Source: an uncultured bacterium
GTDB lineage: Bacteria; Patescibacteriota; JACMRA01
Assembly (NCBI GenBank): GCA_963704645.1
Contig: OY969926.1
Location: 160,001 to 224,000, forward strand
Reading direction: 5' to 3'
DNA length: 64,000 nucleotides
A program made the translations under genes and the position numbers. The notes under the pieces are model-generated. The model made no database searches. It saw only the letters and a program-made list of their open reading frames with translations, and had not been told where the DNA came from. This document shows positions 40,180 to 49,133 of this stretch, piece by piece. The first letter of the stretch is position 1. Each line of letters starts with the position of its first letter.

Positions 40180-42096
40180 TTACTTAGTCTTTGCGTCTAC
40201 GTCTTGAGCTGGTTCTTCATTAGAAGCTTCTGAAGAGGTTTCACTAGATTCTGCAGTTTCACTAGCTGGGGCTTCTGTGTTAGTTGTAGAATAAATTTTT
40301 TCACCAATTTTCATCAGCTCTTCTTGCAAAACTTTGCTAGATTCTCTAATTTCAGTTTCGCTTACTTCGTCTTTCTTTAAAGTAACTTCAAGCTCTTCTT
40401 TTAATTTAGTAATTTTTTCTTTATCTTCAGAAGCAATTTTATCACCCATATCTTTAACTAATTTTTCAGTTTGGAATATTGTATTTTCGGCTTCATTCTT
40501 GGCTTCAATTTTAGCTTTTTTGGCCAAATCTGCGTCTCTCTGTCTTTCGGCTTCGTCAATAGCAGCTTGCTTTTCTTGATCAGAAAGAGTTGAAGAGCCC
40601 GTAATAGTAATATTAGCCTTTTTGCTGGAACCTTTGTCCATAGCTGTTACTGTTAAAATACCGTTAGCGTCTAAATCGAAAGTTACTTCAATTTGTGGAA
40701 CGCCACGTGGTGCTGGTGGAATGCCAGATAATGTAAACTTACCTAAAGATTTGTTGTCTGCTGCCAATGGCCTTTCACCTTGCACAACGTGAACATCTAC
40801 TGCAGACTGGTTATCTGAATAAGTAGAGAAAATTTGAGCTTTAGAAGTTGGAATAGTTGTATTCCTTGGAATCATTGGAGTGGCAATATTTCCAGCAGTT
40901 TCAATAGCTAAAGTTAATGGGGTAACATCCAACAATAAAATGTCCTTTACATCTCCTTTCAAAACGGCTCCTTGAATAGCAGCTCCCATGGCAACAACTT
41001 CATCTGGGTTAACGGAATAATTAGGTTTTTTGCCAAAATATTCTTCTACAGAATTTTGCACTAAGGGCATTCTGGTCATACCTCCAACCATAATAATTTC
41101 ATCAATTTGATTCTTATCTAAGTTAGCATCAGCCAAAGCTTTTTTAACTGGCTCCATGCTTTCTTCTACTAAATCACGAACTAATTCTTCTAATTTAACT
41201 CTGCTTAATGTCATCATCAAATGTGCTGGCTGACCGTCTGCACCCTGGGTAATGAATGGTAAATTAATTTGGTGTTCACTTTGAGTGGAAAGATCTTGCT
41301 TAGCTTTTTCTGAAGCTTCCTTAACACGTTGTTTTGCACTTTTATCTAAGTTTAAATCTATTCCTGTTTCCTTTTTGTATTCAGCAATTATGTATTCAAT
41401 AATTCTCTTATCAAAATCGGCTCCACCTAAATGTGTATTTCCGTTAGTGGCTAATACTTCAATTGTTTCGTTAGAAATATCTAGAACTGTAACATCAAAA
41501 GTACCTCCTCCTAAATCGTATACTAAAACTTTTTCTTCCTTACCTTTTTCAAAACCATAAGCTAAAGCGGCGGCAGTTGGCTCGTTAATAATTCTTAGAA
41601 CTTTCAAACCAGCAATTTCACCAGCATCTTTAGTTGCTTGTCTTTGCGCATCATTAAAGTAAGCAGGAACTGTAATAACAGCTTCATTAATGCTTTGACC
41701 TAGTTTGGCTTCAGCATCATTCTTCAATTTTCTTAGAACTGCAGCTGAAATTTCTTCAGGAGAATATTCTTTGTCTTGTTTGGTAACAACCTTAACTTTG
41801 CTATTCTTTTCAATAACTTTATATGGCATTAACTTAATATCGCCTTGCACTTCAGAGTCAGAGAAAGAACGACCAATAAACCTTTTGGCTTCATAAAAAG
41901 TATCTTCTGGGTTTAAAACACTGTTTCTTTTGGCAATTTCACCAATAACAACAGAAGAGTCTTTAGAGTTGTAATAAAAAACGGAAGGAGTTGTTCTAGC
42001 ACCTTCAGCGTTTTCAATAATTGTTGCTTTTCCTGCAACTACATAGGCCATTGCCGAGTTAGTAGTTCCAAGATCAATTCCTAATACGATTGACAT
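40180..42096 (-). CDS. dnaK: Chaperone DnaK
   Basis: GIDLGTTNS, TVPAYFND, DLGGGTFD, VGGMTRMP, GVPQIEVTFD. Confidence 0.99.
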   Translation of the reverse strand: MSIVLGIDLGTTNSAMAYVVAGKATIIENAEGARTTPSVFYYNSKDSSVVIGEIAKRNSVLNPEDTFYEAKRFIGRSFSDSEVQGDIKLMPYKVIEKNSKVKVVTKQDKEYSPEEISAAVLRKLKNDAEAKLGQSINEAVITVPAYFNDAQRQATKDAGEIAGLKVLRIINEPTAAALAYGFEKGKEEKVLVYDLGGGTFDVTVLDISNETIEVLATNGNTHLGGADFDKRIIEYIIAEYKKETGIDLNLDKSAKQRVKEASEKAKQDLSTQSEHQINLPFITQGADGQPAHLMMTLSRVKLEELVRDLVEESMEPVKKALADANLDKNQIDEIIMVGGMTRMPLVQNSVEEYFGKKPNYSVNPDEVVAMGAAIQGAVLKGDVKDILLLDVTPLTLAIETAGNIATPMIPRNTTIPTSKAQIFSTYSDNQSAVDVHVVQGERPLAADNKSLGKFTLSGIPPAPRGVPQIEVTFDLDANGILTVTAMDKGSSKKANITITGSSTLSDQEKQAAIDEAERQRDADLAKKAKIEAKNEAENTIFQTEKLVKDMGDKIASEDKEKITKLKEELEVTLKKDEVSETEIRESSKVLQEELMKIGEKIYSTTNTEAPASETAESSETSSEASNEEPAQDVDAKTK

Positions 42097-42175
42097 AGAT
42101 AAATAATTTTTGGGTCAGTTTTGGCTTGTTTTCAAGAAGCTTGATAATTTGCCTAACTTTAAAATTAATCTAACA

Positions 42176-42202
42176 TTAGCAACCAAGGTTGTCAAGTGCT
42201 AA
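42176..42202 (-). promoter_or_regulatory. CIRCE element (HrcA operator) overlapping the dnaK -35
   Basis: Minus strand: TTAGCACTT-GACAACCTT-GGTTGCTAA versus consensus TTAGCACTC-N9-GAGTGCTAA; contains TTGACA. Confidence 0.85.
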
Positions 42203-42300
42203 TATAAAGTTAAATGTTGGGCTAAGAAAATTTATTAAGTTGTTGTTTTTATTGGAATATTACCTTTGACATTCAGCAAATTTCATATTTGGCTTACAAC

Positions 42301-42930
42301 ATGTTGCCCGTTCAAATAGAAGAAGTAAGTAGAGAATTTAGAAAATTGCCTGGTGTTGGCAGCCGTGGCAGTCAAAAAATTGCTTTAGATATTTTACAGC
42401 TAAGCAGTCAAGATTTTGCTGGTCTTATTTTACATTTAGATAATATGAAGAAAAATGTAATGTTTTGTAGCAATTGTGGGTTTTTTGCCGAAAATAATGG
42501 TTCAAAAGTTTTATGTAATATTTGCCAAGACAGAAGCAGAATTCAACACCAAATTTGTTTGGTAGAAAAAACAACCGATATTATTTCCCTAGAAAAAAGC
42601 CAGAGCTACCGTGGCTTATACCATGTTCTAGAAAAGCTTATTTCCCCTCTAGATAACGTTTTCCCGCAAGATACAAAATTAAACGATTTACTTGAAAGAA
42701 GGTTAATAGAAAACACTGGAAATATTGAGCTTATAATATTCTTCAAACAGGGTTTTTCCGCCGATGCGACGGTAGCTTATTTGCTTGAAAGACTGAAACA
42801 AACAGGACTAGATAAACGAGTTAAAATTACTAAACTAGCTCAAGGTTTACCAATGTATTTCAACACCGATTCCCTAGACAACGAAACCCTATCCAGAGCC
42901 GTGCAAGACAGAAAAGAAGTAAGCTTATAA
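42301..42930 (+). CDS. recR: Recombination mediator RecR
   Basis: LPGVG, C4 zinc finger (CSNC...CNIC), ICLVE, YRGLYHVL, KLAQGLP. Confidence 0.93.
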   Translation: MLPVQIEEVSREFRKLPGVGSRGSQKIALDILQLSSQDFAGLILHLDNMKKNVMFCSNCGFFAENNGSKVLCNICQDRSRIQHQICLVEKTTDIISLEKSQSYRGLYHVLEKLISPLDNVFPQDTKLNDLLERRLIENTGNIELIIFFKQGFSADATVAYLLERLKQTGLDKRVKITKLAQGLPMYFNTDSLDNETLSRAVQDRKEVSL

Positions 42931-42934
42931 TTTC

Positions 42935-42956
42935 GTAGGGGCGATGCCCCATCGCC
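42935..42956 (+). repeat. REP-like GTAG-hairpin element, copy 2
   Basis: GTAGG-GGCGATG-CCC-CATCGCC, 4 nt after the recR stop. Confidence 0.55.
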
Positions 42957-42992
42957 TGCACTGCTGAACCAAGATAATCTTTTCACCCAAAG

Positions 42993-43022
42993 AAAAATTG
43001 CCCTTCATTACGAAACGGGCAA
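42993..43022 (-). terminator. Intrinsic terminator
   Basis: TTGCCC...GGGCAA stem followed by a T-run on the minus strand. Confidence 0.6.
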
Positions 43023-43028
43023 CCTTGA

Positions 43029-43508
43029 TTAAGAATTGAACCACAGCAAATATGGTTTAGAAAATTTTTCCCGTATATTGTCTAAAATTTCATTAATCTC
43101 CCACTCTTCTTCTAATTTACGGAACTTTTCAGGATCAGTTATCTCCAGAATTTTTCTTAAGTAGGTGGGGTTATCATCACAACCTCTTAAAAGGATAACT
43201 TTGCAAACCAAGTTGTAATTTTTATTAAAATAAGCTTTTAATATAATTTCCTTGTGGTAAAATACCCATGATATTGATTTTCCAACTACAAAATTGCTTT
43301 TGGTAAGCTTCCAGGGATTGAGCTTAAAGCAAGATATAAATTTTGTTGAAAATTCTTTCTCACGTTCAAAGTTTAAAAGCACTGTAAAAATTGAGCATCT
43401 TGAACTTCCAAAAAAGTCTGTCTTAAAGAAATAGTCTAAGAATAATTTAAACTGATTTTCATTTAAAGTTTTGGCTATGTACCTTGGTTTTTTAACTTTT
43501 TTTCTCAA
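43029..43508 (-). CDS. Hypothetical protein (ORFan, SD-led)
   Basis: GGAGGT 6 nt before TTG; own terminator. Confidence 0.6.
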   Translation of the reverse strand: MRKKVKKPRYIAKTLNENQFKLFLDYFFKTDFFGSSRCSIFTVLLNFEREKEFSTKFISCFKLNPWKLTKSNFVVGKSISWVFYHKEIILKAYFNKNYNLVCKVILLRGCDDNPTYLRKILEITDPEKFRKLEEEWEINEILDNIREKFSKPYLLWFNS

Positions 43509-43570
43509 AATATTACCTCCACAAAAATATACATCACCTTATATAAAAAGCACATAATTCACCTTTGGTC

Positions 43571-43600
43571 AAAAAGAAAAAACTCCCAAGCGTGGGAGTT
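43571..43600 (-). terminator. Intrinsic terminator
   Basis: AACTCCCA-4 nt loop-TGGGAGTT followed by a T-run on the minus strand. Confidence 0.7.
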
Positions 43601-43619
43601 AAATGTCGTATAGATTTGT

Positions 43620-44195
43620 TTATGCAAGAAGCAGAACTCTTCTGTCTTTATCTCTGAATTCAGAAGTTTCTGGATAATCTAAATTTACTTGCTCCATTGT
43701 ACTTATGAAAGGTGGTGAATAATTTGGCCTCCAAATAAAGTTGTACTCCCTCCAAAAGCTTGCACCCCTTGGTAAATTTGGATCAATGTTTGGATTGTCC
43801 CAATATGCAGTTATAATTGAGAAAAATCTACCACATTGGCTAAGCTGCATGACAACTTTTAACAGACTACTAGCTACTTCTATGAAATCCTGGCCGAATA
43901 CAACCTTACTTGGTGCAATTCTACCTGGTCTAAAAGAAAAGTAGGCTTCATCTGTGATGTTAATTCTATCAGCTGGAACAACATTACTTGTGCCAATATA
44001 GCCGTGTCTAATTAGATTAACTCTAGCAACAAGAATGTCCCTGCTTTTGATGCATCTGGTGTCAATGGATGTTCCAGCAAGTAGTAAAGCATTAGCATCA
44101 ATACCACTTATATGATCTTCCAGGTGAGGTCTTCTATCATTAAGAAGGACCAGATTTTTCCCACACCTTAGGCTTCCAATAACCTCGTCTCCCAA
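43620..44195 (-). CDS. Hypothetical protein (SD-led)
   Basis: GGAGG 5 nt before TTG; motifs PH..., RPGR..PS, ITAY, SFW. Confidence 0.65.
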   Translation of the reverse strand: MGDEVIGSLRCGKNLVLLNDRRPHLEDHISGIDANALLLAGTSIDTRCIKSRDILVARVNLIRHGYIGTSNVVPADRINITDEAYFSFRPGRIAPSKVVFGQDFIEVASSLLKVVMQLSQCGRFFSIITAYWDNPNIDPNLPRGASFWREYNFIWRPNYSPPFISTMEQVNLDYPETSEFRDKDRRVLLLA

Positions 44196-44345
44196 TTCTC
44201 CCTCCAGAAAAACTTAGTTAGAAAAGTAAAAAATATTTTATAATATTCTACTAATCTAAGTAATTTAAATTTTTATTAATCAGTCAAAGTTTATGAATTG
44301 ACTAAACATTTTGGGCGTGTAAACTTAAATTAAATTCAGCCAATT

Positions 44346-44807
44346 ATGCAAGAAAATTTAACTGTCAGTAAACCCATAAAAGACATTAAAAATAGTTATT
44401 TAGCCGCCATCCAAAATTCTGTAGGCTCAAGGCTTTGGCAAAATTTTTACGTGGTTGCAGGTGACGGCAAAGTTGATGTAATGAAATCTGGCGGTTTAAG
44501 TTGTGCTTTTTATGTCTCCACAATTCTAAGTATGTTTGGCTTAATTAATAGTGTGCATGCCACGGTTAAAAGTACAATTGAGGATTTAAAAGAAAATGGA
44601 TATATAGAAACACAAACTCCAATCAAAGGTGATATAATTATTTGGGAAGCGCAAAACTTTGAAGGTGAGACTCACTCTCACATTGGTTTTTGGTGGAATG
44701 AAACCACAGCGGTTTCTAATTCAGATTTAAACGGCTTTCCAATTTTTCACAGTATTAATTTTTTTGGAAGTAGGAAGATTGAGGGTGTTTATAGTAAAAA
44801 AGCTTAA
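44346..44807 (+). CDS. Putative NlpC/P60/CHAP-like papain-fold protein
   Basis: LSCAFYVS...GDIIIWE...HSHIGF, a Cys-His arrangement. Confidence 0.6.
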   Translation: MQENLTVSKPIKDIKNSYLAAIQNSVGSRLWQNFYVVAGDGKVDVMKSGGLSCAFYVSTILSMFGLINSVHATVKSTIEDLKENGYIETQTPIKGDIIIWEAQNFEGETHSHIGFWWNETTAVSNSDLNGFPIFHSINFFGSRKIEGVYSKKA

Positions 44808-44982
44808 ACTAACAATTAAGATTTAACCAATGACTTATAAAATCTGTTTGTTTAAAAGCTTGATGAGTATTATAAATTTAAGACGACTACAATAAAAATC
44901 TGATCGCAGAATGTAATCAGTTGATAAATAGTTAGGAGATAGCAATTGACCTTTGTAAATTTTTATGCTTGTTTATAAATAC

Positions 44983-46218
44983 ATGAAAAATGTTAATACA
45001 ATGTTAAGTGCACTTTTATTAGTTGCCGCATTAATCTCACCAAATTCTTCAACTGTTACAGCTAACGCCACTGCAGCAAATTCTTGTACCTACGTCGGCC
45101 CATGGCAAGCCAATTCAGCTACTGTTAACTCTCCAGCTTCTTTTACAGAACTTATTAATACAACTAACAACTCTGCAAAATTAATGCAGGCAATTAGAGG
45201 CACAGATAATAGAATTTATACAAGAACTGTTTCTCAAGTTCCTCTTTCAGAAGACGTTTGGTCTACTTGGCAAGAAGGGAACGGAATTACAGTTAAATCT
45301 GAACCAGACTTAATTGCATATCAGGCTACAAATACACCTGGATCAGGAGTTTTCTTCATGACTGCTTATGGAACAGATAACGGTATTTACACTAGAAGTT
45401 CTAACAATGGAACAACTTGGACTGCTTGGACAAGAGGTGGTGACATTACTTTAAAAGCTAAACCAACCACTAGCGTTTGGGGTATGCTTAACGCAAGCTT
45501 AGGTTATTACGATGCTTGGAAGTTAGTTCAAACAGGTTACGGTTCTGATAACGGTTTATACACAAGAACATCTTTAAACGGTACAACTTGGACTGCTTGG
45601 GCAAGGGGTGGAGCAATTACTTTAGCTTCTTCTGTAGAACAAGTAGATTATGCAGGAAAACTAGCTCAATTCGCCAGAGGAACTGATAACGGCTTATACA
45701 GTAGATACACAACCGATGGAAGTGTTTGGACAGCTTGGACTAGAAATAGTGGTGGCATTACTGTTTTAGACGAAACTACAACAACTGTAGGATTGTTTGG
45801 AAGCACAGGAAAGTTACTTCAAGTGGTTAGAGGAACAGATAAAGGCCTTTATTTCCGCAGTTCAACTAACAATACATCTTGGACCGATTGGGCAAGACTA
45901 GGCAATTTAACTGCTGCAGATAAACCGACCATTACAACTTCTAGAAATAGTGGTTGTGGAACAGAAAATGTAATGAGACTATACTCCAGAGGAACCGACA
46001 ACAGATTGTACGGCGTAGAAAATGGTGGAATTGATTCTGCAGATTTTGGTTTTAGCCAAGGTTTAAACTGGAGCTCTGACACAGGAATTACTTTAAACAA
46101 TAACATTTCTGTAGTAGAATTTACACCTACCTTTGACGCTTTTGGAAGTATTCAATCTGCTAGAGGAACTGATAACAGATTATACACAAGAACAATTACA
46201 TCTGGACTTGCAGGTTAG
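44983..46218 (+). CDS. Secreted beta-propeller, PLL-lectin-like repeats
   Basis: Signal peptide; 7 repeats of [AY].G[TS]DN.[LI]Y.R...WT.W. Confidence 0.75.
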   Translation: MKNVNTMLSALLLVAALISPNSSTVTANATAANSCTYVGPWQANSATVNSPASFTELINTTNNSAKLMQAIRGTDNRIYTRTVSQVPLSEDVWSTWQEGNGITVKSEPDLIAYQATNTPGSGVFFMTAYGTDNGIYTRSSNNGTTWTAWTRGGDITLKAKPTTSVWGMLNASLGYYDAWKLVQTGYGSDNGLYTRTSLNGTTWTAWARGGAITLASSVEQVDYAGKLAQFARGTDNGLYSRYTTDGSVWTAWTRNSGGITVLDETTTTVGLFGSTGKLLQVVRGTDKGLYFRSSTNNTSWTDWARLGNLTAADKPTITTSRNSGCGTENVMRLYSRGTDNRLYGVENGGIDSADFGFSQGLNWSSDTGITLNNNISVVEFTPTFDAFGSIQSARGTDNRLYTRTITSGLAG

Positions 46219-46357
46219 TTTTAAACTAAACAAACACAAGGCAAAATTTGAAATAAAATAAATTGCCACCAGAGCCCTACTAATAACAAGTAGGGTTAAG
46301 TTTTTAGGTGGAAAAGATTGTGAGCCTGATCTAAATTGAAAATTCAATTATATTTTA

Positions 46358-46786
46358 TCTCAAACTAAACTTAATTGTTCTTTTAATAATTCAAGCTTGT
46401 TATTCCAAACACGATATTTTCCTGCATGTGGTTCTAGTCCATACTTGGCTTCTAATGGCATTCTAGTATTGTAAAAATAATTGATTTATACAGTTCCAAA
46501 TACTCATTTATAGATTTCTTAGAAAACAAGTCAGGGTTTTTCAAACATTCTTTCAAAGCATCAGTGGATAGTTGCAAGTCTTTAATTCTAAAATGATCAC
46601 TAAGACTGTTTAATACAGCTAAGTTTGATTTTGCTCAGCTTTTAAATAGGACCTTAGAGATTCTCTGTTATGACGTTTTATACTTTTATGTTTGTAATAA
46701 TAAGCTAATGTAGCAACAAAACCAAGCACAAAACCAACTATTGTTTCAAACACTCGATCAAATTAGTGAAAGAACATCTGGAACAT
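46358..46786 (-). pseudogene. Decayed TM-anchored helical protein gene next to the tRNA-Gln 3' end
   Basis: Pieces FDRVFETIVGFVLGFVATLAYYYK...LRSYLKAE / NLAVLNSL...STDALKECLKNPDLF...LELYKSII / YNTR...; one in-frame stop and two frameshifts. Confidence 0.45.
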
Positions 46787-46833
46787 ACTGAAGTTAATTT
46801 TAAGATTTTTAATTATAGTGTTATATTTTTATT

Positions 46834-46907
46834 TGGTTCGGGAATAGGGATTCGAACCCCAATAGTTGGTACCAGAAACCAAAGTCCTACCATTAGACGA
46901 TTCCCGA
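46834..46907 (-). tRNA. tRNA-Gln(CTG)
   Basis: Minus strand: TCGGGAA...TTGGT-TTCTGGT-ACCAA...GGTTCGAATCC...TTCCCGA-A-CCA. Confidence 0.95.
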
Positions 46908-46962
46908 ATAATTTATTGTTTTTGTTTTTTATATTGCTACTTTTAGCCTGGTTTTTGTCAAA

Positions 46963-47679
46963 CTACAGTTTCAACATTTGCTGCAAAGCAGGGTATATTT
47001 CTTCAACACTGTTCACAATTTTGGTTGGCTTGGACTTAGCAATTTTTTGTGCAGTATTATAACCATAAGTAACAGCCAGAACTGGAATTTTTAAAGGTCT
47101 GGCGTCTTTAATATCACTGGCCATATCTGTAACAAAAACTACATTTTCCAGTTTTACATTATGCGACTTAATTATTTCATCCAAAGCTTGTGTTTTCACC
47201 ATAGTTTTTTCAAATCCGTGAACCTGTGTGAAATATTTTGCCAAGTTGGATTTTGCTAAAAACAAATTAATTCCACTGGCTTGATTGTTGCTTAAAATAA
47301 CCATTTCACTTCTTGTATAAAGTTCTTGTAGCAACGCTGGAATACCCTTAAAATAATCTGCTTGTAATAAAATTGGGCCAAAATATTTTACAATGCCATG
47401 TTTAAACTTTTTTGTGTTGAATAACTGATGTACAATTCCCTTAGCTCCAGCTATAAATCCATGTTTTCTAAATCTATTCAACACTAGCTTTGGAGCAGTT
47501 TGCGTTGTAACGTTTAAGTCATTGTAAAATTCTTCCTTAGATGAAAATGGAGTAAAGCCATATTCTTTAGAAGCCAAAATAGAAGCTTCATATGCTTGTT
47601 TAAACGTATCGGCTATTACACCATCAAAATCGAAGATAATAAGTTTTTTTGAATTTTTTAAGTTGTTTTGTAAAGACAT
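46963..47679 (-). CDS. HAD family hydrolase (phosphoglycolate phosphatase-like)
   Basis: IIFDFDGVIADT...LSNN...K...FVTDMASD...AVTYGY. Confidence 0.9.
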   Translation of the reverse strand: MSLQNNLKNSKKLIIFDFDGVIADTFKQAYEASILASKEYGFTPFSSKEEFYNDLNVTTQTAPKLVLNRFRKHGFIAGAKGIVHQLFNTKKFKHGIVKYFGPILLQADYFKGIPALLQELYTRSEMVILSNNQASGINLFLAKSNLAKYFTQVHGFEKTMVKTQALDEIIKSHNVKLENVVFVTDMASDIKDARPLKIPVLAVTYGYNTAQKIAKSKPTKIVNSVEEIYPALQQMLKL

Positions 47680-47767
47680 TTGTTTGCAAATTGTAGAGAA
47701 TATTAATACGTTTCTATGATTATTTAAAACTGTACACTTTTTTTAGGTCAAGCAAGAAGTTGGGAAT

Positions 47768-47796
47768 AAAAAATCACCTAGTTTCTAGTTAGGTGA
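47768..47796 (-). terminator. Intrinsic terminator
   Basis: TCACCTA...TAGGTGA stem followed by T6 on the minus strand. Confidence 0.65.
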
Positions 47797-47824
47797 ACAG
47801 TAAATTTTTTAATTAATAGCAAAT

Positions 47825-48103
47825 TTATGAAATTAGGGTGAAATTTAGTCCTTCCAGTTTTGAAACCAATAAATCAATTTCCTCATCAACATTTGTATCA
47901 AAGAATGAAACAGCAAGTAAACAATCTTCTCCTAATGCCATCTCTTCAGGACTCATTGTGTCTAAACTACGATGGAGAATAATATCTGGCTTTGGAGATC
48001 CAGCATTTAATGCCAGTCGATTAATTAATCCTCGAATCATAATGCTATTCTTGGGCTGAAAATAAAATTTTTTGCCTAGTCGATAGTAATCTTTTTTATT
48101 CAT
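47825..48103 (-). CDS. Small hypothetical protein
   Basis: 92-aa ORF with its own terminator. Confidence 0.55.
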   Translation of the reverse strand: MNKKDYYRLGKKFYFQPKNSIMIRGLINRLALNAGSPKPDIILHRSLDTMSPEEMALGEDCLLAVSFFDTNVDEEIDLLVSKLEGLNFTLIS

Positions 48104-48196
48104 TATTTGTTTACACTATAGTATCATCCACTATTCCTTATTTCCAAATTTAACAAGTTATGTAAAGTTGGCATTTCCTTTTGAAAAAGTTAGAAT

Positions 48197-48220
48197 AAAA
48201 AAACTCCAAATAGAAGGAGT
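48197..48220 (-). terminator. Intrinsic terminator
   Basis: ACTCC...GGAGT stem followed by a T-run on the minus strand. Confidence 0.55.
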
Positions 48221-48242
48221 CTTAAATTGTTAGGAAAATAAG

Positions 48243-48539
48243 TTACGACTTTAATTCGCATTCACCAAGAATAAACAAACTTTCATGTGGACATTTTTCA
48301 TAAGAAAATTTATAACTGCCAAATTCAAGTAAGTTTGAAGTGTTTTCATCTCCTATTATTGAAATGAACTCACCCCCATGATAAACTGTTACTTTTACTC
48401 TTATTCCACCTAACTTATCAATATAGCAATACAATATCGATCCAACTGCTTTATAGGCTCTGACTAAGTTTAAAATTAATACAACATCAGTTTCCGCAAA
48501 AACTTTATTCGTCTGTAACCTAATTTCATCCACATTCAT
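48243..48539 (-). CDS. Small hypothetical protein (SD-led)
   Basis: GAGGG 7 nt before ATG 48539; own terminator. Confidence 0.55.
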   Translation of the reverse strand: MNVDEIRLQTNKVFAETDVVLILNLVRAYKAVGSILYCYIDKLGGIRVKVTVYHGGEFISIIGDENTSNLLEFGSYKFSYEKCPHESLFILGECELKS

Positions 48540-48591
48540 AAATTTTCCCTCAACAATAGACAATTTGTTAAATACATTTCAGATTTAGGCA

Positions 48592-48999
48592 ATGGCTGTA
48601 ATTATTTTGAACCGTAAGGCTAAATTTGACTATGAAATTTTAGAGACTTTCCAAGCTGGAATGGCCTTAGATGGGCGTATGGTAAAATTGGTTAGGGCAA
48701 GAAAAGTAGCTTTGAACAGTGTGTTTATAATTTTTCAGAACAACCGTTTAGAGATGATTAATTTTGGAAATGAGGAAAAAAACGAAAACGTTCCCCTACT
48801 TTTAAAACCAAAAGAGGTGAAAGAAATTATGGGAAGTATTGGTGAAAAAGGTATAAGCTGTATTCCAATTAATATTAAAACTGTAGGTAGGTGGTTAAAA
48901 GCCGATATTGCTTTAGTTAGAGGAAAGAAGAACTTTGATAAAAGACAAACTATTAAAAAACGTGATTTAGATAGAGAAGAGGCTCGGGGTAAAATATAG
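48592..48999 (+). CDS. smpB: SsrA-binding protein SmpB (shortened)
   Basis: NRKAKFDYEILETFQAG...VK...LLL...GKKNFDKRQTIKKRD. Confidence 0.9.
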   Translation: MAVIILNRKAKFDYEILETFQAGMALDGRMVKLVRARKVALNSVFIIFQNNRLEMINFGNEEKNENVPLLLKPKEVKEIMGSIGEKGISCIPINIKTVGRWLKADIALVRGKKNFDKRQTIKKRDLDREEARGKI

Positions 49000-49133
49000 C
49001 ATTAAAATTAATGTTTCAGTGAGATTGAGCATTTATTTATTAGGTGAAATAGTTCTAACTAATCAAATTAACCTTTGAAAGAATAGGAAAAATAAGACTT
49101 TCCAAAACCCGAAAAGTGATGTATACTACAATT

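Noticed and set aside
46766-47062. 98-aa plus-strand ORF
   Set aside because: Overlaps tRNA-Gln and the HAD gene on the opposite strand
43029-48563. Integron cassette array or prophage
   Set aside because: No integrase, attC-like sites or phage structural genes; the ORFans are interspersed with housekeeping genes
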